Source: an uncultured Deferribacteres bacterium (GTDB lineage Bacteria; Zhuqueibacterota; Zhuqueibacteria; Zhuqueibacterales; Geothermadaptataceae). From it: a DNA stretch of 62,643 nucleotides. The notes beneath the pieces are model-generated. The model was not told the origin of the DNA and did not search any database. It was given only the letters and a program-made list of their open reading frames with translations. The stretch covers positions 1 through 62,643 of the forward strand of contig CAXHAT010000013.1 in assembly GCA_964014485.1 (NCBI GenBank), in the 5' to 3' direction. Positions within the stretch are counted from its first letter, which is position 1; each line of letters begins with the position of its first letter. Below are positions 18,283 through 28,689 of the stretch, piece by piece. The position numbers and the translations under genes were made by a program.

Positions 18283-19083
18283 ATGTTAACCCAGAGCGAA
18301 TCTATTGGAAATCTAGCAATGGCATTAGCAAAAGCTCAAAACCAAATGAGTTTGGCGCAGAAATCAGTACAAAACCCGCACTTGCGGAATAGCTATGCTG
18401 ATTTAACTAGCGTTTGGGACGCTTGCCGAGACGCTTTAACAGATAATGAGTTGAGTTTGTCGCAACTGCCAACAACTGAATTAGTGGATGGCACTCTGGT
18501 TGTTGGGTTGACTAGTATGTTGATGCATAGCAGTGGTGAATATGTATCAACACGAATGCACGCTCCAGCAATTGGAAATCGTGGCGTGAACGATTTGCAA
18601 GCAATGGGTAGCGTTATCACCTATTTACGCCGTTATGCTCTTTCTGCAATGGTGGGCGTAGCTACAGGTGATGATGACGATGGGAATGGTGGAGGCAATG
18701 CGCAGCAACGACAGCAAACGCCAAGCAAGCAGCGCAAGCCGGTAGTAAAAAAGGCAATGCAACCCCAAAAGCCTAACGGCTCCAACAAAAAAGCAGATGC
18801 TGCACCACAAATCATCACCGAATCGCAACTAAAATCCCTTCACGCTGCTGGCAGGGGGTTCTACGGTGACGAGTGGGAAACAAAGCGCGGCGAACTAGTT
18901 GCCCACATCACCAAAAACCGCACATCTAGCAGCAAAGATTTAACCGTTAAGGAAGCTGAGAAGTTGATTGGTGGCATTAACCGAAAAGCTGATGAGGCAC
19001 AACAAGCGCAGGGTGAAATACCACCACTGTTTCCTGAAGATGAACAGCAAGCAACCAACAGCTACGCAACGGAAATGGCATAA
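18283..19083 (+). CDS. ERF-family ssDNA annealing protein
   Basis: NPHLRNSYADL, LMHSSGE, QAMGSVITYLRRYALSAMVG, DDDDGN. Confidence 0.93.
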   Translation: MLTQSESIGNLAMALAKAQNQMSLAQKSVQNPHLRNSYADLTSVWDACRDALTDNELSLSQLPTTELVDGTLVVGLTSMLMHSSGEYVSTRMHAPAIGNRGVNDLQAMGSVITYLRRYALSAMVGVATGDDDDGNGGGNAQQRQQTPSKQRKPVVKKAMQPQKPNGSNKKADAAPQIITESQLKSLHAAGRGFYGDEWETKRGELVAHITKNRTSSSKDLTVKEAEKLIGGINRKADEAQQAQGEIPPLFPEDEQQATNSYATEMA

Positions 19084-19866
19084 ATGAGTCTTACTTCACT
19101 CTCAAAAACAAGTGACTTTCGTCAAACGTGCGACAAGCATTTCATCTCCCCGCCAAAAATAAAAATGGTGGGGTTAGGTGGCATAATGCCTCTTACTACA
19201 GAGTACGCGCTCACGGGGATGGCGTTCAGCTACCTCTATCGACTATTGCTAATGCAGAGCAGAAACGATTTTGTTGCAGGCGAGTTCGTTGCTGAGATGA
19301 GCAATGCGCCTGAAGTGCATTCGTTTCAAGAGAAGTTGCAAAAAGTTAAATCTTTGTCTATGCAAGAGTTAGCTCAACTTGCTCTGATCGCTGCGCTACT
19401 TGATAAGGATGCAAGAACAGGCGTGATAGCCTTTCCTCAATTAACCAGTGGAAAGGCTATTCACATGGGGAAAATAATTGACGATTTGCTAGCGATGTCA
19501 GCACCATTGCTGAGTAGAAAGGCGAGTAAATCCAAGGTGCTGATGAACTATCATTTTGGCAGTGTTGGCCGTGTAGTGGGCGGTGCAGATAACGCCGTAA
19601 TAGTTGGCTCAACAATGGTTAGAACCAGCACCTCCAAATACGCCCATCTGCACCCTGACCTGTGGTATCAAATGCTAGGTTATTGGGCTTTGCACAATTC
19701 GCAAAGCGGGGTTTGGGTTGACCGTAAGCGGTATGATATAGAGCTAGACAGTTTTGTTATCTACTTCGCACGCTATCAAAAGTCCTTGCGGTTTGCAATT
19801 AAAGACATTGCCTTAAAAGACATGTTTCATCCGCAGTATAAAAATATTTTAGGAGTCGGTGCATAA
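19084..19866 (+). CDS. PD-(D/E)xK nuclease-like protein with apparently degenerate active site
   Basis: FG...VGGAD...QMLGY...IYFARY framework present, D-I-K position replaced. Confidence 0.5.
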   Translation: MSLTSLSKTSDFRQTCDKHFISPPKIKMVGLGGIMPLTTEYALTGMAFSYLYRLLLMQSRNDFVAGEFVAEMSNAPEVHSFQEKLQKVKSLSMQELAQLALIAALLDKDARTGVIAFPQLTSGKAIHMGKIIDDLLAMSAPLLSRKASKSKVLMNYHFGSVGRVVGGADNAVIVGSTMVRTSTSKYAHLHPDLWYQMLGYWALHNSQSGVWVDRKRYDIELDSFVIYFARYQKSLRFAIKDIALKDMFHPQYKNILGVGA

Positions 19867-20274
19867 ATGACCCGCCCATCACCATCCCCACCTCCAATCG
19901 TCAAATTTCGCGCCCTGCTTACCGCAGGTGCCAACACTGGACTTGGACGGCATACCGAGGCGAAAATCGCTAAAACAGGCGAAATTAGCACGTGTGCAGA
20001 ACGCAGAATACACAATGCGTGGTTGGCGTATCGGGATGGTGTTGCGGCGCGGGTGACGGGGATTTTGAAATGACAAAAACAAAGCAATACGCTATAGGAT
20101 TGAGCGCACCAGAGCTGGAGTTGATCCATGATGTGCTGTGCGGAAATTTTCAATGGCGAAGCAAGCAGGATGTTGAAGAAATTGCAAAAAAGATCAACCA
20201 TTTTATGGACAGAAGCGGTGCTTGGAACGAATTAGACCCCAGTGATTTTGGCGATTACGATTGGATGAAACCAG

Positions 20275-20766
20275 ATGGCTAACGATACATATCACTATTT
20301 TGGAGCGTATCTCGAAATCAAAGTTAGGCCATTTACTGTCATGCGAACATATAACGAATGTGTTCACGGTCATAGACGGGAAACACCTTATTGCAATGAG
20401 TGCGGAACTCCTGTCAAGCCCATCGAGAAAACGGAACAGGTCATACCCACGATGATTGTTGACCATCTCCTTGGTGATGAATTCGAAGATGTTCTACACG
20501 AGGTGACACCTCCAAACCTGTACCAAACAGGTGTAATTCTGGCAGTGGGAAACATGGGCGGGAAGTGTGGGCAGTGGCTATACCTGAGCAGGTGGCACGA
20601 GGAAAACGAATGTCAAACCAAGCTATTCCCAACGACGGAGCAAATAGCAGAAATGGTCAATGAGCTTTCATCTAACTACAGTGAAATCATTCAAGCCTTA
20701 CGAGAATCGCCACATGTCGAAACTGTCGCTATCAAAGCTGGGTATGTGTTGGATGCGGAGTATTAG
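20275..20766 (+). CDS. Hypothetical zinc-ribbon protein
   Basis: CVHGH...YCNECG. Confidence 0.65.
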   Translation: MANDTYHYFGAYLEIKVRPFTVMRTYNECVHGHRRETPYCNECGTPVKPIEKTEQVIPTMIVDHLLGDEFEDVLHEVTPPNLYQTGVILAVGNMGGKCGQWLYLSRWHEENECQTKLFPTTEQIAEMVNELSSNYSEIIQALRESPHVETVAIKAGYVLDAEY

Positions 20767-21012
20767 AGATGACCTACAAGCAACAAATCCTAAACCTGAA
20801 ACCAACTCACGACATGACATTGCCCGAAGCCAATGCTTTCGATTTCGCCACACGTGAAGCGGCTGAAATTGCGGCTGAGGCTGACGCTGAGATTGCGCGG
20901 CTGAAATCTGAGCTTGAACTAACTAAAAATCTAGTCGAGAAAACAATGACACTATGCCAGCGCATGGCTAACAAAGTGGCTCTTGATGCTGACATATTGT
21001 CACAATCAAGAT

Positions 21013-21222
21013 ATGAGCCGAACGCCGCATGACGCCCACAAAGCATATTGGTCACACCTGCCCCACACTGCCGAAAATTTGCCGTGTGGCTGCGTTATCG
21101 TCACGTTCGCGGGTGTTAGGTATAGATTGCGACAGGACGGCGAGAGAGCGCGATGCGAGCTAGAAGATGACAAGGACAAGGAATGGGCGATGAAACAAGT
21201 CGAAGGGATGGTAAAGGCATGA
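21013..21222 (+). CDS. Hypothetical protein, paralogue of 24411-24617
   Basis: HLPH.AE.LPCGC.IVTF.GVRYRL...WAMKQVEGMV shared. Confidence 0.65.
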   Translation: MSRTPHDAHKAYWSHLPHTAENLPCGCVIVTFAGVRYRLRQDGERARCELEDDKDKEWAMKQVEGMVKA

Positions 21223-21382
21223 CAGTTACTTTGATGATTCAGCTACTAGTGGTGATATACATATCTGTTGGTTTGTTTGTTGCAACCACATTGCCAAACA
21301 GCGAGCCAGATTCTGTTTGGTTGCTGAAGGCGTTCGGGGTGGTTGTGGAATGGCCGATGGTGGCATTGTGGAGAGTGAAGAA

Positions 21383-21832
21383 GTGAACAGCATCGGCAAA
21401 ACATCAAGCGGAAAAATCCTGCTGGAACTATCCCAAATGGAATATGATGAATTTCTGCTGTCAAAAAAACGCGCCTTGAACATCCATGACGAATGCTGGC
21501 GAATTCAGCCGTCAAAAGTTCCTGAGACTGTCCGTCAGATTCGTAACCATCATGGCATCTCTCAACCTGATGTCGCTAAAGCTGCGGGACTGTCATCGGT
21601 AGCGAGTATTTCGCATTATGAGACAGGAGCGCGAAAGATAGACATGGCAAAGTTGGAGAAGTTGGCTAATGCGCTTGGCTACGATGTCAATGTTGTATTT
21701 ACAAGACAGACTGATGAATCTGTATGCGGCTGTGGTTATCCGATTATTCGCGTTGATGGAGCCTGGGAACACGTTGGTGTGCCGAATGGTGTGGACACAC
21801 GGCACATACCAATGCCGAAGAGGCAATCGTGA
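21383..21832 (+). CDS. XRE-family HTH protein, paralogue of 26876-27334
   Basis: IRNHHGISQPDVA...ISHYETG...LANALG. Confidence 0.85.
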   Translation: MNSIGKTSSGKILLELSQMEYDEFLLSKKRALNIHDECWRIQPSKVPETVRQIRNHHGISQPDVAKAAGLSSVASISHYETGARKIDMAKLEKLANALGYDVNVVFTRQTDESVCGCGYPIIRVDGAWEHVGVPNGVDTRHIPMPKRQS

Positions 21833-23836
21833 AAACAATAACAACTAACACCAAAATTCCCGTTCCCGTCGATGTTGCCACTTGCCCCGCCTGTGATGGC
21901 AAGTTGACAGTCGAAGAGGTTGATTCGCTTGTTGAGCAGGATGACGGCAAATACATGGCTGAATCGGTTTTTCCTTCGTGCGAAAATGATGAGGATTATC
22001 GTCTGCATGAGTATACCTACGACATGCCGTATGTTTATTGGCTGCCTGTTGTGTTGGAGATAGAGGCGTGGGTGAATGAGAATTTTAGGTTTGTTTGGGA
22101 GTGAACCATGACTAATAAACTATCAAAACCAATTGCCACTCGATGGGCTAAAGACAACGAAATCACAAGTCTGATAACTGATGTTGATAAACTGCGCGAA
22201 TTCGCCACCAATGACATTTCAGATTTACTGGATGAGATTGCTGAGATAGAAGGTGACGCGGAGCATCGGCAACACGCCGCCGAAAGTAACTATGACGCAG
22301 CAGAAATGATGAATAACGAACTTCAAGAGCATCGCACCCTCCTCAAAAAAATCAGACGCAGCCTATCCTTCGCTGACGAGGGTTGGGAGGTGTTGATCAG
22401 TGAGATTGATGAGGTGTTGGGATGAAAACCACCAAAGTAAATGTCTACACCCTCAACGGCAAATTGTTGCGCAGCTTCGTGCCTGGCACGGGCTTTGCGC
22501 AACCGAAGAAAAGCAAGCGGGTTGTGTTTGAGTTTGATGAGAGGGATATGGACGCACTGAAGAATATGGCGATTAACGGGAATTACAGCCATTGGATGGA
22601 GACTCGCAAGCAGCAATACCAACCTCCAAAATTGGCACAGTATGCACCAGACCAAACACAAAAACATGGCACACTGTAGAAAAATAACGAGGTGAATACT
22701 ATGACAGATTTAGACAAGCCGTTAATTTTTATTTTTGATTTCGCAAAGAAGCGCGGTGTTACTGATGATGACTTAACCGCCTTTGCCGAGAAATGCGGTG
22801 GAACATGGGTGCGTTACGGTTGCAGCTTTTTGCACGAAAACCAACACGCTGACCAAGTGCGCCATTCTTTGAACAAGGCGTTTAACGACATTATGCAGTA
22901 TGCAGAAACAGGCATCGACCCTGACAAAGAACCAGATTGGATTGACAAGGATTAATTATGGATAACGAAGAATTTGTCGAACCGATGGAAAATGAAGCCC
23001 AAAACAAGGTGGCCGACTTGATGACAGATCTACTAACAGCAATGCAAGATTTGCGCCCAACAGAACGCAGTGAATTAGCACGACGCTGGGCTGTGTCCAT
23101 TACACAAATGGAACTGGCTACAAGCTATTTCTTTGCTTGGGTCATGACTGCTGGGGACATTGACAATGAATGAAACAGAATTGCAATGGTATGACAACGT
23201 TGATTTTATACCAGACGCTATTTGGTGGGTACGCTTGACAAACGGTGAAGTTCACGAAGCCCGTTTGTCTACGGTGATTGGGAAACGCTAGACAGCGAAG
23301 CGATGTCAACGGTCACGCATTTCGCTATCAACCGCCCGAATGCGCGCGTAGCTTTGCACAAAGCACCGTTTGAGATTGGCTAACCTCATGACCCCTCAAC
23401 CCCAATCGCCATGTCTATCAGGCGATAGGTGAAATTATGATGACCAACAAAGAGGGTGTGTATTTCGTACTATCCCTATTCATCGTACTGATTATCTTAC
23501 TCACTCCCATTGCTTTTGCATGGCATGAAATTGCACAGTCCCCTGATTATGTGTTATTTGGGTTGGGGTTGTGCGCTGGAATAGCAGCGGGCGTTTCTGC
23601 TGTTGTATCTGTTTTGACTTGGAGTGACAGACTATGAAATGTGAAATTTGCGAAACAGAAATTAGCTCAAACGATATTCGTTTTAATGTGTGCTGGGACT
23701 GTGCTACAGCAGAAAGCATTATTGATGAAGGTTTGGATATGTTTGATGAGGGACTTGCTGGGGAAAAGGTTCCAGCAAAAACAGCTCGTGAAAAGCTCAA
23801 GTTTTTGATTGTGAAAGGTTGGGCAAAAAACGGATC

Positions 23837-24172
23837 ATGAATAACTACGATTCAACAGGCGAAACACTGCAACATATAGCAAAGGTTCACATCAATATTG
23901 GCGATATGATCCGAAATTTACACCAACGTGCGAGAGTACACGACGCAAGCAAGCTGGAAGAACCAGAAAAATCATTTTTCGATAAATACCGTCCAATGCT
24001 GAATGAGCTTGAGTACGAAAGTCCTGAGTACAAACAGGCACGAAAAGAATTGCAGCCAGCGCTACAGCATCACTATGAGGTAAACAGTCATCATCCCGAA
24101 CATTATGCTTACTGGCTGTTCCTTTTCTACGAGCAGCCACAAACAAAAAGGTGGCTACCATGTCGAAACTAA
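23837..24172 (+). CDS. DUF5662-like HD-type protein, probably C-terminally truncated
   Basis: HI..V...HDASKL...ALQHHYEVNSHHPEHY then abrupt end. Confidence 0.65.
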   Translation: MNNYDSTGETLQHIAKVHINIGDMIRNLHQRARVHDASKLEEPEKSFFDKYRPMLNELEYESPEYKQARKELQPALQHHYEVNSHHPEHYAYWLFLFYEQPQTKRWLPCRN

Positions 24173-24402
24173 CCCCCAAACGAATCCCAGAAAATGCAAA
24201 AGCCGAAGCTGCGCTGGCATTCAACGTTGTCTATCACGATTACGGCTGGTCTGAATGCGCTTACAAGGCGGCTGCGATTGCCGCTAAGGCTGATGTTGAG
24301 ATTGCACGACTGAAATGCGAATTCGGTGAGGCAGTGAATTATATCCACACCCTAGAATCCGAAATTGCCTCATTGCAAACAGACAGTGAAGTTTTGTTCT
24401 AA
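24160..24402 (+). CDS. Hypothetical chimeric protein
   Basis: N-terminus matches 28414 ORF; middle matches AEADAEIARLK of 20769 ORF. Confidence 0.55.
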   Translation: MSKLTPKRIPENAKAEAALAFNVVYHDYGWSECAYKAAAIAAKADVEIARLKCEFGEAVNYIHTLESEIASLQTDSEVLF

Positions 24403-24410
24403 CAAACAAC

Positions 24411-24617
24411 ATGAGAACACCCGCCCTAATCCTTCAGCGTTCCTTTGGTCATCTGCCACACATTGCTGAATTCCTGCCGTGTGGCTGCATTATTGTCACA
24501 TTCGGCGGCGTGCGCTATCGGCTGAAGCAGCGCGGCGAGTTCGTGTCGTGTTTGTTGGAGGATGAATACATGCGGGATTGGGCTATGAAACAGGTTGAAG
24601 GAATGGTGATGGTTTGA
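24411..24617 (+). CDS. Hypothetical protein, paralogue of 21013-21222
   Basis: Direct sequence similarity. Confidence 0.65.
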   Translation: MRTPALILQRSFGHLPHIAEFLPCGCIIVTFGGVRYRLKQRGEFVSCLLEDEYMRDWAMKQVEGMVMV

Positions 24618-24711
24618 AACGTAAACGCAAATATCACACGCTCCGCATTTACCGCACGACTGACGGTGGTAAGGGCAAGAAATTGATTCGCAAGGTGAAG
24701 GTGAAAGCGTC

Positions 24712-25257
24712 ATGATTGACTACGACCTATACATATTCGACATTGACGGTACGCTATGCGACCGTGACAGCACAGAGCTTTATCCACATGTTGTGGAGTG
24801 GCTTGAGGCCAATAATCCCAAACACATCGCACTAGCTACAAATCAAGGTGGTGTTGGGTTGCGTTATTGGATGGAAACCAATGGCTTTGGTGAACCTGAA
24901 AAATACCCAACGGAAAACGACATCAAAGAGCGCATTAATAGGATTGTCACAAACATACTGGCCGTTTGTCCGTCTGCTAATATCACGCCATATGTCGCTT
25001 ACCGCTATCAATCCAGAAAGGGGTCGTGGTCACCATACCCTGAAAATCTCACTGATGAAGGCAAGTATCAGTGGTCTGAAACATCAAGAAAACCAAACGG
25101 CTTGATGCTTCGTCGTGCGATGAAGCGGCATAAGGTGGAGCCAAATCACACAATCATGGTGGGTGATATGGAAACAGACAAACAAGCTGCTGAAAACAAT
25201 CTCGCTGGTTGCCACTTCGCGTGGGCGCACGAATTTTTTAGAGTAGGTAGTGGTTAA
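24712..25257 (+). CDS. HAD-superfamily (IIIA-like) phosphatase
   Basis: FDIDGTL, ATNQGG, RKP, MVGD...D. Confidence 0.9.
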   Translation: MIDYDLYIFDIDGTLCDRDSTELYPHVVEWLEANNPKHIALATNQGGVGLRYWMETNGFGEPEKYPTENDIKERINRIVTNILAVCPSANITPYVAYRYQSRKGSWSPYPENLTDEGKYQWSETSRKPNGLMLRRAMKRHKVEPNHTIMVGDMETDKQAAENNLAGCHFAWAHEFFRVGSG

Positions 25258-25282
25258 ATTCAAGAGTAAACAGGGATAGCTT

Positions 25283-26326
25283 ATGACTCCAAATAACATC
25301 CGTCAATTAGGCCAACTGATTCGCAGCGGCTTCACTGACTGGCAATCAATCGCCGATATCAACGTCACACCAAAAGGCGATTTGCTTCTGTTCAACTACA
25401 ACATGCACGCCACATTTAACGCACGCTGGAACTGGTTAGAGCGTAACAGCCGTGGCTTGATAATGAACACTTATGGTGAATGTATAGCACGCCCATTTGA
25501 GAAGTTTTTCAATTGGGGGCAGCACGGTTTCACGACCAATGCCCCTATTAGGCGTGTGTACGAAAAAATGGATGGCAGCCTAGGTATTAGCTACTGGCAC
25601 AATGGTGAAATCAAAGTTGCCACACGGGGAAGCTTTGAGAGCGAGCAAGCATTATGGGCAACTGAGCGATTGCAACAAAAAGACTTCACCAACTTCCCGC
25701 AAAACTGGACGCTATTATTTGAAGTCATCTATCCCGAAAACCGTGTTGTTGTGAATTACAACGGGCTTGAAACTTTGACGTTGCTGGCTATTCGTGACAC
25801 TGAAACGGGCAACTATTTACACTGGGACACCGTTCAAGGGGTTGCTCATGAGTTTGATTTCAGTCTTCCAGATGTATGGTTCAGCACAGGTGTCGAGGTT
25901 GGCGATATTCTTGCGCAGCTTCCTAATCTAACCGCAAACGAAGAAGGGTATGTTATCGAGTTTGAAGATGGTCAACGGTTCAAATTCAAAGGCGATGCTT
26001 ACAAAATTCTGCACAAAAAGATTAGCGGCTTGAGTTTCAAGAATTACTTAGAAGCACGTCGCAGAGGTGTTGCTGATGAATATGTTGCTGACATCCCCGA
26101 TGAATTTATGGGTGATGTGGAGATTTGGCGACAGATGATTACAGGCACCGTCAACGTTGTAAAAAGCGAAATCAGAGAGGCAATGCAACATGCGCCAACT
26201 GATGACCGCAAAGAGTTCGCGTTGTGGTGCAAGGAAAATGTACCTCACTTGATGACATACATGTTTTTGGTACTGGATGGCCGCAGTCCTTTAGATGCGA
26301 TTTACAAGCGGGAGTTTGGGTCATGA
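25283..26326 (+). CDS. T4 Rnl1-like RNA ligase
   Basis: SRGLI...ARPFEKFFN, EKMDGS, ATRGSF, FEVI, EGYV, FKFK. Confidence 0.9.
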   Translation: MTPNNIRQLGQLIRSGFTDWQSIADINVTPKGDLLLFNYNMHATFNARWNWLERNSRGLIMNTYGECIARPFEKFFNWGQHGFTTNAPIRRVYEKMDGSLGISYWHNGEIKVATRGSFESEQALWATERLQQKDFTNFPQNWTLLFEVIYPENRVVVNYNGLETLTLLAIRDTETGNYLHWDTVQGVAHEFDFSLPDVWFSTGVEVGDILAQLPNLTANEEGYVIEFEDGQRFKFKGDAYKILHKKISGLSFKNYLEARRRGVADEYVADIPDEFMGDVEIWRQMITGTVNVVKSEIREAMQHAPTDDRKEFALWCKENVPHLMTYMFLVLDGRSPLDAIYKREFGS

Positions 26327-26634
26327 CAGCGCGACCAATTCTGTACATAAAGCTCGGCGAAAAGGTTCGAGAACTCCGCAAGCGCAAAGGTTGGACACAA
26401 GGCGAGCTAGCAGAAGAGCTTGATGTTACCAGAACATCAATAACCAATATTGAAAGCGGGCTGCAAAAGACAACGGTTCAGAAGGTTTTACAAATGGCGA
26501 TTGCTTTGGACTGCGAAAGTTGGGATGACATTTTGCCGCCGTTCTCTCCAAACCTTCAGCTAGAAATCACAAACGATTTACTTGAAAGGGCAATGGAGAT
26601 TGCGATGAATCAGTTGTTGAATGGTGAGGCATGA
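26323..26634 (+). CDS. XRE-family HTH regulator
   Basis: RELRKRKGWTQGELAEELDVTRTSITNIESG. Confidence 0.9.
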   Translation: MTARPILYIKLGEKVRELRKRKGWTQGELAEELDVTRTSITNIESGLQKTTVQKVLQMAIALDCESWDDILPPFSPNLQLEITNDLLERAMEIAMNQLLNGEA

Positions 26635-26875
26635 AATTGACTTCAACTCCCTACATCACCAAGTACAAAGATACCCCCTGCGCTGAGTGCAGAGGCAGTA
26701 ATAATGATTGCCCCACGTGCGACGGCACAGGCAAAGAGCCATTCATCCCGTGTTCGTGCTGCGAAAATGAGGCTGATTACATGATACCACTCATGATGAC
26801 AACAGCTCATGTTTGCCCAAAGCATTACCACGGTGAAAAAGTTTTATGGCAACGGGTGAGAATGAAGGTGAGCAA

Positions 26876-27334
26876 GTGAATACCATCGGCAAAACATCTA
26901 GCGGGAAAATCTTGCTAGAACTATCGCAAGCGGAGTATGACAGTATCCTGCTTGCCAAAAAGCGAACAGAATCGAGCGATTTGCCGGACGAGTGTTACAT
27001 GGTCAATCCGTTACAGGTACCAGAAACGCTGAAGCAACTGCGTAACTTCCACGGCATATCTCAGCCTGACGTGGCTGAATTTATGAAACGCTCTTCTGTC
27101 TCAACAGTATCACATTACGAAACAGGTGCGAGAAAAATGGATATGGAGAAGATAGAACGGTTTGCCAATGCGCTGGGATACGATGTCCAAGTTGCATTCA
27201 CAAAGCAGGTTGATGAAGCAGTATGCGGCTGCGGTTATACGATTGTTCGTATTGATGGCGTGTGGGAGCATGTTGACGTTCCTGGTGAATTGGGTATGCG
27301 GCATTTGCCGATGCCAAAGAAGGTGAATCCATGA
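26876..27334 (+). CDS. XRE-family HTH protein, paralogue of 21383-21832
   Basis: LRNFHGISQPDVA...VSHYETG. Confidence 0.85.
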   Translation: MNTIGKTSSGKILLELSQAEYDSILLAKKRTESSDLPDECYMVNPLQVPETLKQLRNFHGISQPDVAEFMKRSSVSTVSHYETGARKMDMEKIERFANALGYDVQVAFTKQVDEAVCGCGYTIVRIDGVWEHVDVPGELGMRHLPMPKKVNP

Positions 27335-27417
27335 AAAAAATTCAATCATTATTTAAACGGGATATGGTAAAAATCAAACGGCGTGATTTTGGGTTGGAGT
27401 GGCCCGTTAAATCATGA
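27331..27417 (+). pseudogene. Internally deleted remnant of a DUF5565-like RNA ligase
   Basis: 28-aa ORF MKKIQSLFKRD|MVKIKRRDFGLEWP joins the typical N- and C-terminal ends of that family. Confidence 0.55.
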
Positions 27418-27626
27418 AAAACAAACCACCACAAATGACTGACGAGCAAGCAGCACGTTTTGTTGTGCTATTTGACGACTTGCTATTAGAGGCTGAAGCG
27501 TTCACAGCGACGGACGAAGAAATGCACCAGTATTTATTAGATGCTGGGTATACGGAAGAAAGCTTGACAACGTTTAAAAAGCGGATTAAAGAGGATTTTT
27601 TGAAGCGGATAAGAGAGAGCGGGGAA

Positions 27627-27824
27627 TCATGATTGCATATCCCTTTCAATCAATAAGCGAAAGTAATCACTCATCTTTATTCCACGCTCTTTTGCTTTCT
27701 TGCGAACATGGTCTAAATACGATTTGGGGACGCGAATCGTTGTTCGGTCGAGTTCTTCACCGTATTTCTTGCTTAACGGGTCTCTTCCGGGGCCAGCCAC
27801 GTAATTGCCTTTCCTTTTTGCCAT
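27627..27824 (-). CDS. Ribbon-helix-helix regulator, probably leaderless
   Basis: TTIRVPKSYLDHVRKKAKERGIKMSDYFRLLIE; TACAAT 7 nt before ATG. Confidence 0.85.
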   Translation of the reverse strand: MAKRKGNYVAGPGRDPLSKKYGEELDRTTIRVPKSYLDHVRKKAKERGIKMSDYFRLLIERDMQS

Positions 27825-27866
27825 ACAGCAAATTGTATTTTGGTATAGATTCTAGCACAATCTTTC

Positions 27867-28075
27867 TTGACATACAAAAAGGTTTGTGGTATTATTCTTT
27901 TACCACATTCAGAAAGGCAAACGCGGCACCAAAGCCCCCTAGCTTTTCAACCGAATATCATTCGGATACAATTTTTACCAAGCCGACTTGTACCGTGAAC
28001 GAAAGCCCCCAAAGGTTGCCGTTTACATGCTTTCTGAATGTGGTGTTCAAAGCGTATAAGTCGGCTGTTCCTTTT
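27867..28075 (+). promoter_or_regulatory. Promoter and structured leader with alternative pairings
   Basis: TTGACA-17-TATTAT; 27902-27916 complementary to 28030-28044; stem 27981-27993/28054-28066. Confidence 0.75.
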
Positions 28076-28105
28076 CCCGTAGCAGCCCCAAATCAAGAGG
28101 TTGTT

Positions 28106-28414
28106 ATGAAATTCAATACCCGTAAAGCAAATAAAGAATTAGGACGTGATGCAGCCATGTTGCTCAATCTGTTGATGAGCAAAGATTTGACATCTCGTTA
28201 TGGTTGCCCGAACGAGAAAATTTTGGTTGATCGGGGCTTGGCAACCATCGACAACAAGGCGCGTGGTTGGGGTTTGGAAATCTACAGCAACGAAAAAGCC
28301 TGTCGTGAAGCTGGATACTATGTTGAGTCTGCCGAGGAAAAAGAACGGCGCGAAGCATGGGAGGCTTCCCAAGAGAGCTTTTGGGCGCGTCACAATAGTT
28401 TGGGGGTGGCGTAA
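28106..28414 (+). CDS. Hypothetical protein (the conventional gene at the 3' end of ORF 27629-28414)
   Basis: GAGG RBS before MKFNTRK. Confidence 0.7.
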   Translation: MKFNTRKANKELGRDAAMLLNLLMSKDLTSRYGCPNEKILVDRGLATIDNKARGWGLEIYSNEKACREAGYYVESAEEKERREAWEASQESFWARHNSLGVA

Positions 28415-28689
28415 TGTCCAAACTAACTCCCAAGCGAATCCTAGAACTAGCTGAATCCGAGGCCGCGCTGGCCGCAAATGTCGCATATCACGATTACGGG
28501 CGTTCTGCCGTCTATTGCGACGAATTGTATGAGCGCGTGAAGGCAAGCGTTCTGGCGCGGTATATGGCTGATGAGGGGACAGTGGCGCAGGTTGCCAAAG
28601 CGGCTGATGAGCTGACCGTGCAAGAGCATGATGATTTGTTTGCCGCTCAACAGGATACGTATGCGGGGCTGCTGGAGATGACGAGATGA
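28414..28689 (+). CDS. Hypothetical protein
   Basis: TAATG-coupled; N-terminus shared with 24160 ORF. Confidence 0.6.
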   Translation: MSKLTPKRILELAESEAALAANVAYHDYGRSAVYCDELYERVKASVLARYMADEGTVAQVAKAADELTVQEHDDLFAAQQDTYAGLLEMTR

